A DNA stretch of 64,000 bases from Rhodopseudomonas sp. Its GTDB lineage: Bacteria > Pseudomonadota > Alphaproteobacteria > Rhizobiales > Xanthobacteraceae. Numbering within the stretch: position 1 is the first letter of the stretch; every line of letters begins with the position of its first letter. A program made the translations under genes and the position numbers. The stretch lies in assembly GCA_016124795.1 (NCBI GenBank), contig WGNB01000052.1, positions 4,008 to 68,007 on the forward strand, written 5' to 3'. Below, one piece after another: positions 26,389-35,604 of the stretch. The notes beneath the pieces were generated by a model. That model searched no databases. It was not told the DNA's origin and saw nothing but the letters and a program-made list of their open reading frames with translations.

Positions 26389-28380
26389 GTGGTCGGCGAC
26401 AAGACAGTGCAAGCGGCGGGCAAAGGGCCCGGACGCGGCCTGCTTGCTTGGGTAATGCCTGTTTGGGCGCGATTTGCCTCGGCGAAGCGGCATCAGGATG
26501 CCGGGCAGGGAGCTGCCGGCAGCCAGGTCACCCGCGTGCGCCGACAATTTTCGGCTTCGCGCCTGATCGTCGCGCTGGCGGTGGCGGCGATGGCCGCGAC
26601 CCTGATCTGCGCCGGCTTTGGCTACAGCCTGGCCAATCGCAGCGATGAGCGTCTATGGCGCGATCAGCGGGTCGCCTTGCGCAACACCGTCGCCGAATTC
26701 CGCACGCTGTTCGGCGCGGGCAATGAAATCGATCCGCGCTTCGTGCGCGTCGTTGAGCAGAGCGCGCGTCTTCAGGGGCTGCGTTTCGAGACCGAGCCGG
26801 CGCAAAGCGCGCGTGAAATGCAGCCGGTGGTCGATGGCCAGGGCCGGATTGTCGGCTTCTTCACCTGGGACAAAACCTGGCCGATGACGGCGGCGATGAG
26901 CCGGCTGATGCCGTTCATCGTTGCCGCCGCCTTTGCGCTGGCCGGTTTTGCCGGCATCTCGCTATGGCAGTTGCGCCGCGCCGCGCGCGATCTGGCGGCC
27001 AGCGAAGATCTGGCGCAGCGCGCGGCCGACGCTGACAAGCTGACCGGCCTGCCGAACCACGCCAAGATCCTCGAACTGCTCGATCTCTATCTTGCCGAGC
27101 GCGGCGGCGACGAGGTCACCACTTTCGCCGTGATCGAACTCGACGGCATCGAGGACGTCACCGCCAATCTCGGCGTGCTCGGCAGCGACGAATTGATGAT
27201 CGCGGTCGCCGACCGTTTGCGCCAGACCTTGCCGGCCGGCGCGATCTGCGGCCGCATCGGCAGCGACGAGTTCGCGGTGATGTTGACGGCGGACGCCGGC
27301 GTCGACGCCGAGGCGATGATCACGACCGCCGTCGAAACCATTGCCCGGCCGCATTGGTTCGACACCGTGGTGCGGGTCAGCGCTCATGCCGGCTTCGCCC
27401 AGGCCCCGGGGCATGCCACGACCCGAGGCGAACTGACCCGGCGCGCCGAACTGGCGCTGCGCGCGGCGGCCAAGAAGGGGCCGGGCGCGGTGGTGGCTTT
27501 CGAGCCGGGTATCGACACCGTGTCGTCCGACCAGAAATTCATCCAGCGCGAATTGCCGCGCGCGCTCAGCGCCGGCGAACTCGACCTGCACTTCCAGCCG
27601 ATCGTCGCCGCCCATGGCGGCCGGATCGTCGGCGTCGAAGCCTTGCTGCGTTGGACCCATGCGACGCGTGGCGCGATCGGACCGGCGGTGTTCATTCCGA
27701 TTGCCGAGCAGATGGGCTTGATGGATTCGCTCGGCGCTTTCGTGCTGCGCCGCGCCCTCAAGGAAGCCAAGCGCTGGCCGGAGCTTTACGTCGCGGTCAA
27801 CCTGTCGCCGTTACAGGTGCGCGACCGACGCATCGTCGATCTGGTGCGCTCCGCGCTCGACGAAAGCGGCGTGCCGCCGACCCGCCTGATGCTGGAAATC
27901 ACCGAAGGCGTGCTGATCGACAATCCCGACGAAATGGTCAAACGGATCGGCGACCTGCACGCGCTCGGGGTGCGGATCGCGCTGGACGATTTCGGCTCCG
28001 GCTATTCCAACCTCGGCTATCTGCAACGCTTCCCGCTCGACAAGCTCAAGATCGACCGCAGCTTCGTCATCGCGCTCGGCAATTCGGCCAATGGCGGCGT
28101 CATCATTCAGGCGATCGTGGCGCTCGGCCGCGCGCTCGGTCTGTCGGTGCTGGTCGAAGGCGTCGAGACCGAACAGCAGCGCGTGCTGTTGCGCCTGGCC
28201 GGCTGCGACGAAATGCAGGGCTTCCTGTTCGCCAAGCCGGCATCGGCCGCGACCATCGACCGGTTGCTGATGCAGCAGAAAGGCAGCGGCGCGGCGAAAG
28301 CCTTGGCCGCGCCGGCCGCTGCGTCCTCGCCTGACGCCGTGTCGTCGAAAACCTTGCCGCCGGAAGCCCTGTCGGCATAA
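26389..28380 (+). CDS. Membrane-bound GGDEF-EAL protein (degenerate GSDEF, intact EAL)
   Basis: Two N-terminal TM segments. The GGDEF site reads RIGSDEF. EAL motifs EALLRW, DDFGSGYS and EGVETEQQ are present. The ORF-track start is GTG; an ATG alternative lies at 26455. Confidence 0.85.
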   Translation: MVGDKTVQAAGKGPGRGLLAWVMPVWARFASAKRHQDAGQGAAGSQVTRVRRQFSASRLIVALAVAAMAATLICAGFGYSLANRSDERLWRDQRVALRNTVAEFRTLFGAGNEIDPRFVRVVEQSARLQGLRFETEPAQSAREMQPVVDGQGRIVGFFTWDKTWPMTAAMSRLMPFIVAAAFALAGFAGISLWQLRRAARDLAASEDLAQRAADADKLTGLPNHAKILELLDLYLAERGGDEVTTFAVIELDGIEDVTANLGVLGSDELMIAVADRLRQTLPAGAICGRIGSDEFAVMLTADAGVDAEAMITTAVETIARPHWFDTVVRVSAHAGFAQAPGHATTRGELTRRAELALRAAAKKGPGAVVAFEPGIDTVSSDQKFIQRELPRALSAGELDLHFQPIVAAHGGRIVGVEALLRWTHATRGAIGPAVFIPIAEQMGLMDSLGAFVLRRALKEAKRWPELYVAVNLSPLQVRDRRIVDLVRSALDESGVPPTRLMLEITEGVLIDNPDEMVKRIGDLHALGVRIALDDFGSGYSNLGYLQRFPLDKLKIDRSFVIALGNSANGGVIIQAIVALGRALGLSVLVEGVETEQQRVLLRLAGCDEMQGFLFAKPASAATIDRLLMQQKGSGAAKALAAPAAASSPDAVSSKTLPPEALSA

Positions 28381-28408
28381 GACCCCGCCGCCTCAAGGCG
28401 GCGAGGTC
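28381..28408. terminator. Hairpin between convergent genes (possible bidirectional terminator)
   Basis: GACCCCGCCGCC-tcaa-GGCGGCGAGGTC (one mismatch). The T-run is weak (TTGTC). Confidence 0.4.
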
Positions 28409-28419
28409 TTGTCACCGCG

Positions 28420-29940
28420 TTATATCGACTCCGGCGCCGCGTAGGCGATGATGTCGCGCAACTGGAAGGGGCGCGGGTCTTTCGGGTCCTGCGGAGCGAT
28501 CGTCAGCACCGGATCGGACGCCGGCGTCCAGGTTGGATTGGTGCTGTAGAACGAGGTCGGGTCGGCGGCCAGCAGTCCGATAAAGACTTCGGCGGTGATC
28601 CGGCATCCGACCGGCCCGAGCTGATTGCCTTTGCCGAACTTGGATGCCTCGTCGAGCATGTAACGCCAGAGCGGTGTATTGCCTGGCAGGATGTCGTCGG
28701 CCTTGACGCAAATGCGTCGCGCCACCGATTGGCCGGACGGCAGGCCGAGACGATAGCCGCGCAGCAGGTTGCGGAAGGCCAGCGAACGCCGGGTGTCGTC
28801 GATCTGTTTTGGCAGCGGAACCGGCGGTTCGGCGACGTCGTCGGGATTGGCGATCCGGTTCGGCATGTGAATAACCGGCGAGCATAAAAATTTATCGATC
28901 TTGCGCGACGCCTGTACCTTGGCCTTGTCTTTGCCCTTGAACGCCAGAAGATGGCACCACTCGACCGTGTTTTTCGGTTCGATGTGTTGAAAGCCGCGCA
29001 GATCCTCGCCGCTGTCGTCGTCTTTGCCGATATCGAAGAGAGGGAGTTCGCGGTTGTCCTTGATGCGGTAGCGATTGCGCATCATCGAGTGGCCGAGCCG
29101 ATAGGCGGCAACGGAAAACTCCACCGGCATGAACGGATATTCCTTGAAATGGTAGAACATCAGTTTCGGTTTTCCGAAGCGACCTTCGCCTTCGATGTCC
29201 AGGATTTCGTCGATGATCTTTGGGCCGCAAAGCCGGTCCAGCCAGTCGTGAATGACGACCCATTGATAGTGCCAGCGCGCCACCCGTTGCGCCTCGGCGA
29301 AGATGCGATCGTCGGGCATTCCTTTGGCGGCCAGGTCGGCGACGATCTTGTTGTGGAATTTGAGAAAGACGAGTTGAAGCTGTGAGACGAGCAGATTCTC
29401 GTCGTTGCGCATGTCGCCGATGATGGCGGTGCCGTCGGCACTTCGCGGCAGGTCGGCATCCTTGACCGGTTTGACCTTATCGTCCTTGACGCTTTTCGCT
29501 TCGCCCAGCACCAGCGATTTGCGGTGCGTCTCGCGGCGATAGAGATAAGGCTGATCGTCCGGGCCGCGGCCGTAAATATTGTCGAGATCGAACGCTGGCG
29601 TGCGGAAATCCTCGAGGTTGTCCGGGTCATTGGCTTTTTGCAGGCTCGACCGCGGATCGAAAGTGAGGTCGTGATCGACGAACTGGCCGAAGAATGTGTA
29701 GGCCGCCGGGATGCCGGGCACGCCATCGATCGCGTCAATGTCGTTCTCCGGGGTGTCGACCTTCTCTTCCATTTCCACCGCGATCTTCTGGATCGAGGCG
29801 AGCTTTTCGGTTTCAGTGACGCCGTCGGGCTCCCAGGCTGGCAGTTCGCGGAACATCCGGCCGAACATGCCGACAAAAGAACGCGATTGCGGTGCGTTGA
29901 TCGGCCGCGAACTCGCGGTCATTCCGTGCGATTTGTCCAT
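28420..29940 (-). CDS. Animal-haem-peroxidase-family (peroxidase-cyclooxygenase superfamily) protein
   Basis: The distal-His motif FFGQFVDHDLTFDP is characteristic of this family. 506 aa with no signal peptide. Confidence 0.65.
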   Translation of the reverse strand: MDKSHGMTASSRPINAPQSRSFVGMFGRMFRELPAWEPDGVTETEKLASIQKIAVEMEEKVDTPENDIDAIDGVPGIPAAYTFFGQFVDHDLTFDPRSSLQKANDPDNLEDFRTPAFDLDNIYGRGPDDQPYLYRRETHRKSLVLGEAKSVKDDKVKPVKDADLPRSADGTAIIGDMRNDENLLVSQLQLVFLKFHNKIVADLAAKGMPDDRIFAEAQRVARWHYQWVVIHDWLDRLCGPKIIDEILDIEGEGRFGKPKLMFYHFKEYPFMPVEFSVAAYRLGHSMMRNRYRIKDNRELPLFDIGKDDDSGEDLRGFQHIEPKNTVEWCHLLAFKGKDKAKVQASRKIDKFLCSPVIHMPNRIANPDDVAEPPVPLPKQIDDTRRSLAFRNLLRGYRLGLPSGQSVARRICVKADDILPGNTPLWRYMLDEASKFGKGNQLGPVGCRITAEVFIGLLAADPTSFYSTNPTWTPASDPVLTIAPQDPKDPRPFQLRDIIAYAAPESI

Positions 29941-30144
29941 TGTTTCCCCCCAAAAATAACGGACTGGCGTCTCGATTTTAAAGTGCCGTAAAATAAATTA
30001 CAATCTATGAGCGCATTATTATTGTCAGGAGTCGTTCGGCGTCAAATGGCCCGACCGGGGCGCGGCCTGACAGGCGCGCGGGCAGGCGATAGAGTCGCCG
30101 GCAAAGTCCCGCCTTCGCGGTCGGGGTACAGCGGAGGCGACGTC

Positions 30145-31317
30145 ATGATTCCCAATGCCTGGACCGGCTTCGATTTCGGGCTCGGCGACGACATCGACAT
30201 GTTGCGCAAGACCGTCGGCGATTTCGCGCGCGACCGGATCGCGCCGCGGGCCGACGAGATCGATCGCTCCAACAGCTTTCCACGCGACCTGTGGCCGCAA
30301 CTCGGGGCACTTGGGCTGCACGGCATCACGGTCGATGAGGAATATGGCGGCGCGGGGCTCGGCTATCTGGCGCATTGCGTGGCGATGGAGGAGATTTCGC
30401 GCGCCTCGGCCTCGGTCGGCTTGTCCTATGGCGCGCATTCCAACCTCTGCGTCAATCAGATCAACCGCAACGGCACGCCGGAGCAGAAACGCCGCTATCT
30501 GCCGAAGCTGTTGTCGGGCGATCACGTTGGCGCGTTGGCGATGTCGGAGCCGGGCGCTGGCTCCGACGTGGTGTCGATGCGCACCCGCGCCGACAAGGTC
30601 GGCGACCGCTATGTGCTCAACGGCTCGAAAATGTGGATCACCAATGGGCCGTTGGCCGACACATTGGTGGTTTACGCGAAAACCGACCGGACCGCGGGCG
30701 CGCGCGGCATCACCGCCTTTCTGATCGAGAAGGACATGAAGGGGTTTGCCCCGGCGCAGAAGCTCGACAAGCTCGGCATGCGCGGCTCCGATACATCCGA
30801 ACTCGTGTTCACCGACTGCGAGGTGCCCGCCGAGAATGTCCTCGGCGTCGAGGGCAACGGCGTCAACGTCCTGATGTCGGGTCTGGATTTCGAGCGGGTG
30901 GTGCTGTCGGCAGGTCCGCTCGGCATCATGCAGGCTTGTCTCGACGTCGTGATCCCTTACGTCCATGACCGTCAGCAGTTCGGTCAGTCGATCGGCCGGT
31001 TTCAGCTGATCCAGGCCAAGCTCGCCGACATGTATGTTACGCTGAACGCCTCGAAGGCTTACGTTTACGCGGTGGCGCGGGCCTGCGACGACGGGCGGGT
31101 GACCCGCGAGGATGCCGCCGGCGCCATTCTTTACGCCGCCGAGCGGGCAACCTGGATGGCGCTCGAGGCGATCCAGTGCCTCGGTGGCAACGGCTACATC
31201 AACGACTTTTCGACCGGCCGCCTGCTGCGCGACGCCAAGCTCTATGAGATCGGCGCCGGCACCAGCGAGATCCGCCGGATGCTGATCGGCCGTGAATTGT
31301 TCGAGAAAACCCGTTAG
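30145..31317 (+). CDS. ivd: Isovaleryl-CoA dehydrogenase
   Basis: Acyl-CoA dehydrogenase throughout ([36 protein letters not shown]; [20 protein letters not shown]). Start set at ATG 30145, preceded by GCGGAGG. Confidence 0.85.
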   Translation: MIPNAWTGFDFGLGDDIDMLRKTVGDFARDRIAPRADEIDRSNSFPRDLWPQLGALGLHGITVDEEYGGAGLGYLAHCVAMEEISRASASVGLSYGAHSNLCVNQINRNGTPEQKRRYLPKLLSGDHVGALAMSEPGAGSDVVSMRTRADKVGDRYVLNGSKMWITNGPLADTLVVYAKTDRTAGARGITAFLIEKDMKGFAPAQKLDKLGMRGSDTSELVFTDCEVPAENVLGVEGNGVNVLMSGLDFERVVLSAGPLGIMQACLDVVIPYVHDRQQFGQSIGRFQLIQAKLADMYVTLNASKAYVYAVARACDDGRVTREDAAGAILYAAERATWMALEAIQCLGGNGYINDFSTGRLLRDAKLYEIGAGTSEIRRMLIGRELFEKTR

Positions 31318-31432
31318 CCGTCGGATGCCGTTGCGCTCGGCCGGCGCTTCAGGGCCATTGGCGCATTAACGTTTGGCTTTCCCGAATCAGTTAGCCCTCT
31401 GGCTGACGTGCAACGGACGGGGAGCCATCGCC

Positions 31433-31720
31433 ATGATGCGGGTGCGCTTGAAAGCGGACGGACGGATTGTCGAGATCGCCGCCGATGGCAGCGAGGTCGT
31501 CGTTGACCATACCAACCCTTCGGCTTTTGTCCGCCATGTTCGGGCGCGCTGCGGGCTGACCCAGGCGGCTTTCGCCGAAAAGATCGAAGTGCCGATCGAG
31601 ACCGTGCGTAATTGGGAGCAGGGCAAGCGCAATCCGCGCGGGCCGGCACGGGCCTTGTTGAAGCTGATCGATCGCGCGCCGGAAGCGGCCTTTGCCGTGC
31701 TGGCGGGCGGCCGGCGCTGA
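31433..31720 (+). CDS. XRE-type HTH protein (antitoxin-like, COG2944-like)
   Basis: RARCGLTQAAFAEKIEVPIETVRNWEQGKRNPRGPARALLKLI. Start set at ATG 31433, preceded by GGGGAG. Confidence 0.6.
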   Translation: MMRVRLKADGRIVEIAADGSEVVVDHTNPSAFVRHVRARCGLTQAAFAEKIEVPIETVRNWEQGKRNPRGPARALLKLIDRAPEAAFAVLAGGRR

Positions 31721-31777
31721 CCGTCGTTTCCGATTATGAGCCTGATCGTGAAACGCGCCGAGCCGGCGGTTTCATGT

Positions 31778-31811
31778 AAACGGTCCGCGCCGCACGGCGC
31801 GAACCGGTTTT
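31778..31811. terminator. Hairpin terminator between convergent HTH and FTR1 genes
   Basis: AAACGGTCCGCGCCG-ca-CGGCGCGAACCGGTTTT, with A/T runs on both sides. Confidence 0.45.
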
Positions 31812-31823
31812 CGTTCTGACAGT

Positions 31824-32645
31824 TTAGGCCGTGACCTGCTGCGCCGGCCGATAGCGCGCGATGCGCATCAGCAGGGCCATCGCCAGCAGGATGCCGATAT
31901 AGACGACAAGCTGCAGCGCGCTCGGCCGCTCGGTATAGCCGACCAGCGTATGCATCAGCTTGCCGACGATGCTGCCGTCGGTCAGCAGCCACGAGGTGTC
32001 CCACACCGTGCTGCTCAGCACTTCGGCATAACCGGCATTGTTGAGGAACTGCACGGAGCTGGCCGCCATCCCGGCCGCCAGCAGCGCGATCAGCCAGCTC
32101 GTGACCGAGAAGATGTAGCGCTGCGGGATCGCCAGCAAGCCGTAATAGGTCAGGCCGGTGAAGAGCGCGCCGGCGGCGATGCCGAGCAGGCCGCCGGTCA
32201 GGAGCGACATGCCCGAGGTGCCCGAGGCCATGATGCCGTAAAGGAACAGCACCACTTCCGAGCCTTCGCGCAGCACCGCCAGCCCGACGACGACGGCCAG
32301 CGCGGTCAGCGGCTTGGCGCCTTCGCTGACGGCGCTGCCAATGTCGCGCATTTCGGCGGCGATTTCCCGGCCATGCCGCGCCATCCAGGCGTTGTGCCAC
32401 ATCAGCATCACCACCGCGATCGCGAGCACGGTGGCGTTGAACAGTTCCTGGCCGGAGCCTTGAAACGCCTGCGAGATCACGCCGGCAAAGCCGGCGACGA
32501 TGGCGGCGCCGAGAACCCCGGAACCGATGCCGATCATGATCCAGCGGCCGCGGCCTTCGACGCCGCGCGTCGCCGCCATGACGATGCCGACGATCAGGCC
32601 GGCTTCGAGGACTTCACGAAAAACGATGATGAGGGCGCCGAGCAT
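31824..32645 (-). CDS. FTR1-family high-affinity iron permease
   Basis: Two REXXE motifs (REVLE, REGSE) in a 7-TM-like protein of 273 aa. Confidence 0.85.
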   Translation of the reverse strand: MLGALIIVFREVLEAGLIVGIVMAATRGVEGRGRWIMIGIGSGVLGAAIVAGFAGVISQAFQGSGQELFNATVLAIAVVMLMWHNAWMARHGREIAAEMRDIGSAVSEGAKPLTALAVVVGLAVLREGSEVVLFLYGIMASGTSGMSLLTGGLLGIAAGALFTGLTYYGLLAIPQRYIFSVTSWLIALLAAGMAASSVQFLNNAGYAEVLSSTVWDTSWLLTDGSIVGKLMHTLVGYTERPSALQLVVYIGILLAMALLMRIARYRPAQQVTA

Positions 32646-32654
32646 GATGGTGTT

Positions 32655-32999
32655 TTATTCCGCGATGACCACGCCCTTGGCGGTGGCTTCGTTAAATTCG
32701 CCGATGAAGGGATAGCGGCCCGGCTTGAGCGGCCCGATGCGCACGGTGCCCTTGGAATTGCCGGCGATCACCTTCTCAACCTTGAGCGTGCTGCTCTCGA
32801 ATTCCTCGGGGGTGAGGTCATTGTTGATGACGGTGATGACGACGCGCGTGTTGGCCGGAACCTTCAGTTCGGTCGGGGTGAACTTGTGGTCCTTGATGGT
32901 CACGGTGAAGTTATCGGCGGCCTGGGCCGGCGGGGTTGCGAGCGTCACCAGCGCGGTGAGGGCGAAGGGAGCGGCGAGGAGGGCGATCGAGGTGCGCAT
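32655..32999 (-). CDS. Periplasmic cupredoxin-like protein partnered with FTR1
   Basis: Signal MRTSIALLAAPFALTALVTLATPPAQA. Small beta-rich protein 9 nt upstream of FTR1. Start set at ATG 32999. Confidence 0.6.
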   Translation of the reverse strand: MRTSIALLAAPFALTALVTLATPPAQAADNFTVTIKDHKFTPTELKVPANTRVVITVINNDLTPEEFESSTLKVEKVIAGNSKGTVRIGPLKPGRYPFIGEFNEATAKGVVIAE

Positions 33000-33069
33000 G
33001 GGGTCTCCGAATGGTCTGTTGAAACTCACCAAAGCACTAAACGCATTCGATGCAAGTCCTTATTTTTAC

Positions 33070-33086
33070 TCTTGAATTATTCCAAA
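33070..33086 (-). promoter_or_regulatory. Irr iron-control-element (ICE)-like dyad upstream of the cupredoxin-FTR1 operon
   Basis: The minus strand reads TTTGGAA-TAA-TTCAAGA against the ICE consensus TTTAGAA-N3-TTCTAAA. That is 11 of 14 defined positions with the GAA-N3-TTC core intact, 71-87 nt upstream of the start. Confidence 0.35.
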
Positions 33087-33328
33087 CTGAGAACGCCTCG
33101 TAATAGCTTGACCGATCAGGTCTTGTCGCGCTTTGCGCTGGCGCAACTTCTGCCCGGCTATTTTGCCGCGCCACCGGCACGGACCGGCAGGGTGGGGCGA
33201 GGGCCGATTGTCCCGGGAGGACAGCCCGGACCGGGCGGTAAACGGGTTGGCATGCCGCGGGCAAGCGGGCATTCTCCCGCCCGAACCGGACGAGGTGCTT
33301 CGGGCCGGTCGTTCCTAGGGAGACTGTA

Positions 33329-34153
33329 ATGCAATTCGTCGATGCGCATGGCGCCCGTATTCCGCAGGTCGGTCTCGGCACCATGACCTTGAAGGAAGAT
33401 GTCTGCGTCGAGGCGGTCAAGGCCGCGCTGCAAATGGGCTATCGGCACCTCGATACCGCCGCGTTCTACGGCAACGAGGTCGAAAACGGCGAAGGCCTGC
33501 GCGCCTCCGGCGTCAAGCGCGAGGACGTCTTCATTTGCACCAAGGTGCGTGAGAACAACCTGCTGCCGGAGAACTTCAACAAGTCGCTCGACCAGAGCCT
33601 TGCCAATCTGAAGCTGCCTTACGTCGACCTGCTGCTGATCCACTGGAACAACAAGGATATCCCGTTCTCGACCAGCATCGCCGCGCTCTGCGCCGCCAAG
33701 AAGGACGGCCGGGCCAAGCATGTCGGCGTCGCCAATTTCACCACCACCATGCTCGACGAGGCCTGGGCGGTGACGACCGAGCCGCTGGTCTGCAACCAGA
33801 TCGAAATGCACCCCTTCATTAACCAGGACAAGGTGGTGGCCAAGAGCCGGCAGCACGGCATGGCGGTGGTCGCCTATTGCCCGATCGCGCGCGGCAAGGT
33901 CCCGGGCGCCGACGCGCTCGAGCGGATCGGTGCCGCGCATGGCAAGAGCGCGGCCCAGGTCTCGCTGCGCTATCTGGTGCAACAGGGCATCGTCGCCATT
34001 CCGCGCACCGCGACGCCGGCGCATCTCAAGGCCAATATCGAGGTCTTCGACTTCGCCTTGACCGATGCCGAAATGGCCGAACTTAAGGCGCTCAACGCCA
34101 CCAACATGCGTGTCGTCAATCCGCCGCACGCGCCGGTCTGGGACACGCCGTAA
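33329..34153 (+). CDS. Aldo/keto reductase (2,5-diketo-D-gluconate reductase-like)
   Basis: GYRHLDTAAFYGNE, LLLIHW and IPRTATPAHLKANIEVFDF motifs. Confidence 0.85.
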   Translation: MQFVDAHGARIPQVGLGTMTLKEDVCVEAVKAALQMGYRHLDTAAFYGNEVENGEGLRASGVKREDVFICTKVRENNLLPENFNKSLDQSLANLKLPYVDLLLIHWNNKDIPFSTSIAALCAAKKDGRAKHVGVANFTTTMLDEAWAVTTEPLVCNQIEMHPFINQDKVVAKSRQHGMAVVAYCPIARGKVPGADALERIGAAHGKSAAQVSLRYLVQQGIVAIPRTATPAHLKANIEVFDFALTDAEMAELKALNATNMRVVNPPHAPVWDTP

Positions 34154-34638
34154 TGCGCTGGGTGGCCGCCTTCGTCATTCTGTTGATGGCGGGAGCGGCC
34201 GCCGCCGCGGCGCAGCCCGGGCACCAGGCGGTCGACGATAGCAGGGCGGTGCAGGACTGCCTCAAGACCGCGGCCGGGCCCGATGCCGATTACGGCAAGG
34301 CCGAGCGTTGTATCGGCATGGTGTCGAACCCGTGTCTGGACAGCGACAAGACCAAATCGACCGCCGACATGAATGCCTGTATCGACCGCGAGCGCGCGGT
34401 CTGGGACGACATCCTCAACGAGACCTATCGTCAGCTCGGTGAGAAGCTCGACGCCGGCCAGAAAACCAAATTGCGCGCGATGCAGCGGGCCTGGATCGCG
34501 TCCCGTGACGCGACCTGTCAGTTCTATTGGGACTTTTACCAGGGCACGATGGCGAGCCCGATGGCCGCGTCCTGCGTCAACCGCGAAACCGCCCGCCGGG
34601 CGCTGTTCCTGCTCGGCTTTCTTTACGCCGACAAATGA
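34153..34638 (+). CDS. LprI-family (DUF1311) periplasmic protein
   Basis: Signal peptide. ERAVWDDILNETYRQL ... LRAMQRAWIASRDATC pattern. The start overlaps the upstream stop (TAATG). Confidence 0.6.
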   Translation: MRWVAAFVILLMAGAAAAAAQPGHQAVDDSRAVQDCLKTAAGPDADYGKAERCIGMVSNPCLDSDKTKSTADMNACIDRERAVWDDILNETYRQLGEKLDAGQKTKLRAMQRAWIASRDATCQFYWDFYQGTMASPMAASCVNRETARRALFLLGFLYADK

Positions 34639-34658
34639 CATGAACGACCGGGACTGCG

Positions 34659-35474
34659 ATGGCTGATATCGAGATCAAGGGTTTCAAACTGCCGCAGGTC
34701 GGGCTCGGTACCTGGCAGCTGACCGGCCGCGACTGCACGCGGCTGGTCGGGCAGGCGATCGCGCTCGGTTATCGCCATATCGACACGGCTCAGATGTACG
34801 GCAACGAGGCCGCCGTCGGCGAAGGCGTGCGCGCTTCCGGCAAGCGCAACGAGATCGTGGTGACGACCAAGGTCCAGCCGGAGCGGCTGCTGCCGGCCGA
34901 TCTGATCCGTTCGGTCAAGGAGAGCCTGTCGCGGCTGCGTTTCGACCATATCGACCTGTTGCTGATCCATTGGCCGAATCCGCGGGTGCCGCTGGCCGAT
35001 ACGCTCGGCGCCATGGCCAAGCTCAAGCAGGATGGCTTTGTCACGGCGATCGGCGTTTCGAATTTCACCGTGGCGCTGCTGGCCGAGGCCAACCGGGTGA
35101 CGACCGAGCCGCTGGTCTGCAATCAGATCGAATGTCATCCTTATCTCGACCAGAGCAAGGTGATCGCGGCGACCCGAAGCCACGGCATGGCGGTGGTCGC
35201 CTATAGTCCGATCGCCAAGGGTAGTGCGGCCGGCGACCGGGTTCTGGAAGCGATCGCCGAGACGCACGGCAAGACGGCCGCGCAGATCTGCCTGCGCTAT
35301 CTGGTGCAGCAGGGCATCGTGGTGATCCCGCGCACCAGCAAGGTCGAGCGACTGGAACAGAATATCGCGCTGTTCGATTTCGAATTGAGCGAGCTGGAAA
35401 TGGCGCGGATCGCCAAACTGGCGCAACCCCAGGGTCGGATGGTCGACTGGGCCTGGTCGCCGAAATGGGATTGA
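34659..35474 (+). CDS. Aldo/keto reductase (paralogue)
   Basis: GYRHIDTAQMYGNE, LLLIHW and IPRTSKVERLEQNIALFDF motifs. Confidence 0.85.
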   Translation: MADIEIKGFKLPQVGLGTWQLTGRDCTRLVGQAIALGYRHIDTAQMYGNEAAVGEGVRASGKRNEIVVTTKVQPERLLPADLIRSVKESLSRLRFDHIDLLLIHWPNPRVPLADTLGAMAKLKQDGFVTAIGVSNFTVALLAEANRVTTEPLVCNQIECHPYLDQSKVIAATRSHGMAVVAYSPIAKGSAAGDRVLEAIAETHGKTAAQICLRYLVQQGIVVIPRTSKVERLEQNIALFDFELSELEMARIAKLAQPQGRMVDWAWSPKWD

Positions 35475-35557
35475 AGCCGTTCGCGGCGCCGTTCCTGTCG
35501 CCATGCCGGCATTTGTTGCGGGCATCCACGTCTTTTGTCTAATCCATCAATTAAGAC

Positions 35558-35590
35558 GCGGATGGCCGGGACAAGCCCGGCCGTGACGGT
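35558..35590. repeat. REP-type palindromic element flanked by a 7-bp direct repeat
   Basis: GCGGATGGCCGGGacaaGCCCGGCCGTGACGGT is flanked on both sides by TTAAGAC (35551-35557 and 35591-35597). Confidence 0.5.
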
Positions 35591-35604
35591 TTAAGACATT
35601 TGCC

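Noticed and set aside
29946-29957. A C7A5 tract (G-rich on the coding strand, directly before the peroxidase ATG), considered as a variable RBS tract.
   Set aside because: It is short, and it more plausibly just forms the GGGGGGAA Shine-Dalgarno region. Variation cannot be assessed from a single sequence.
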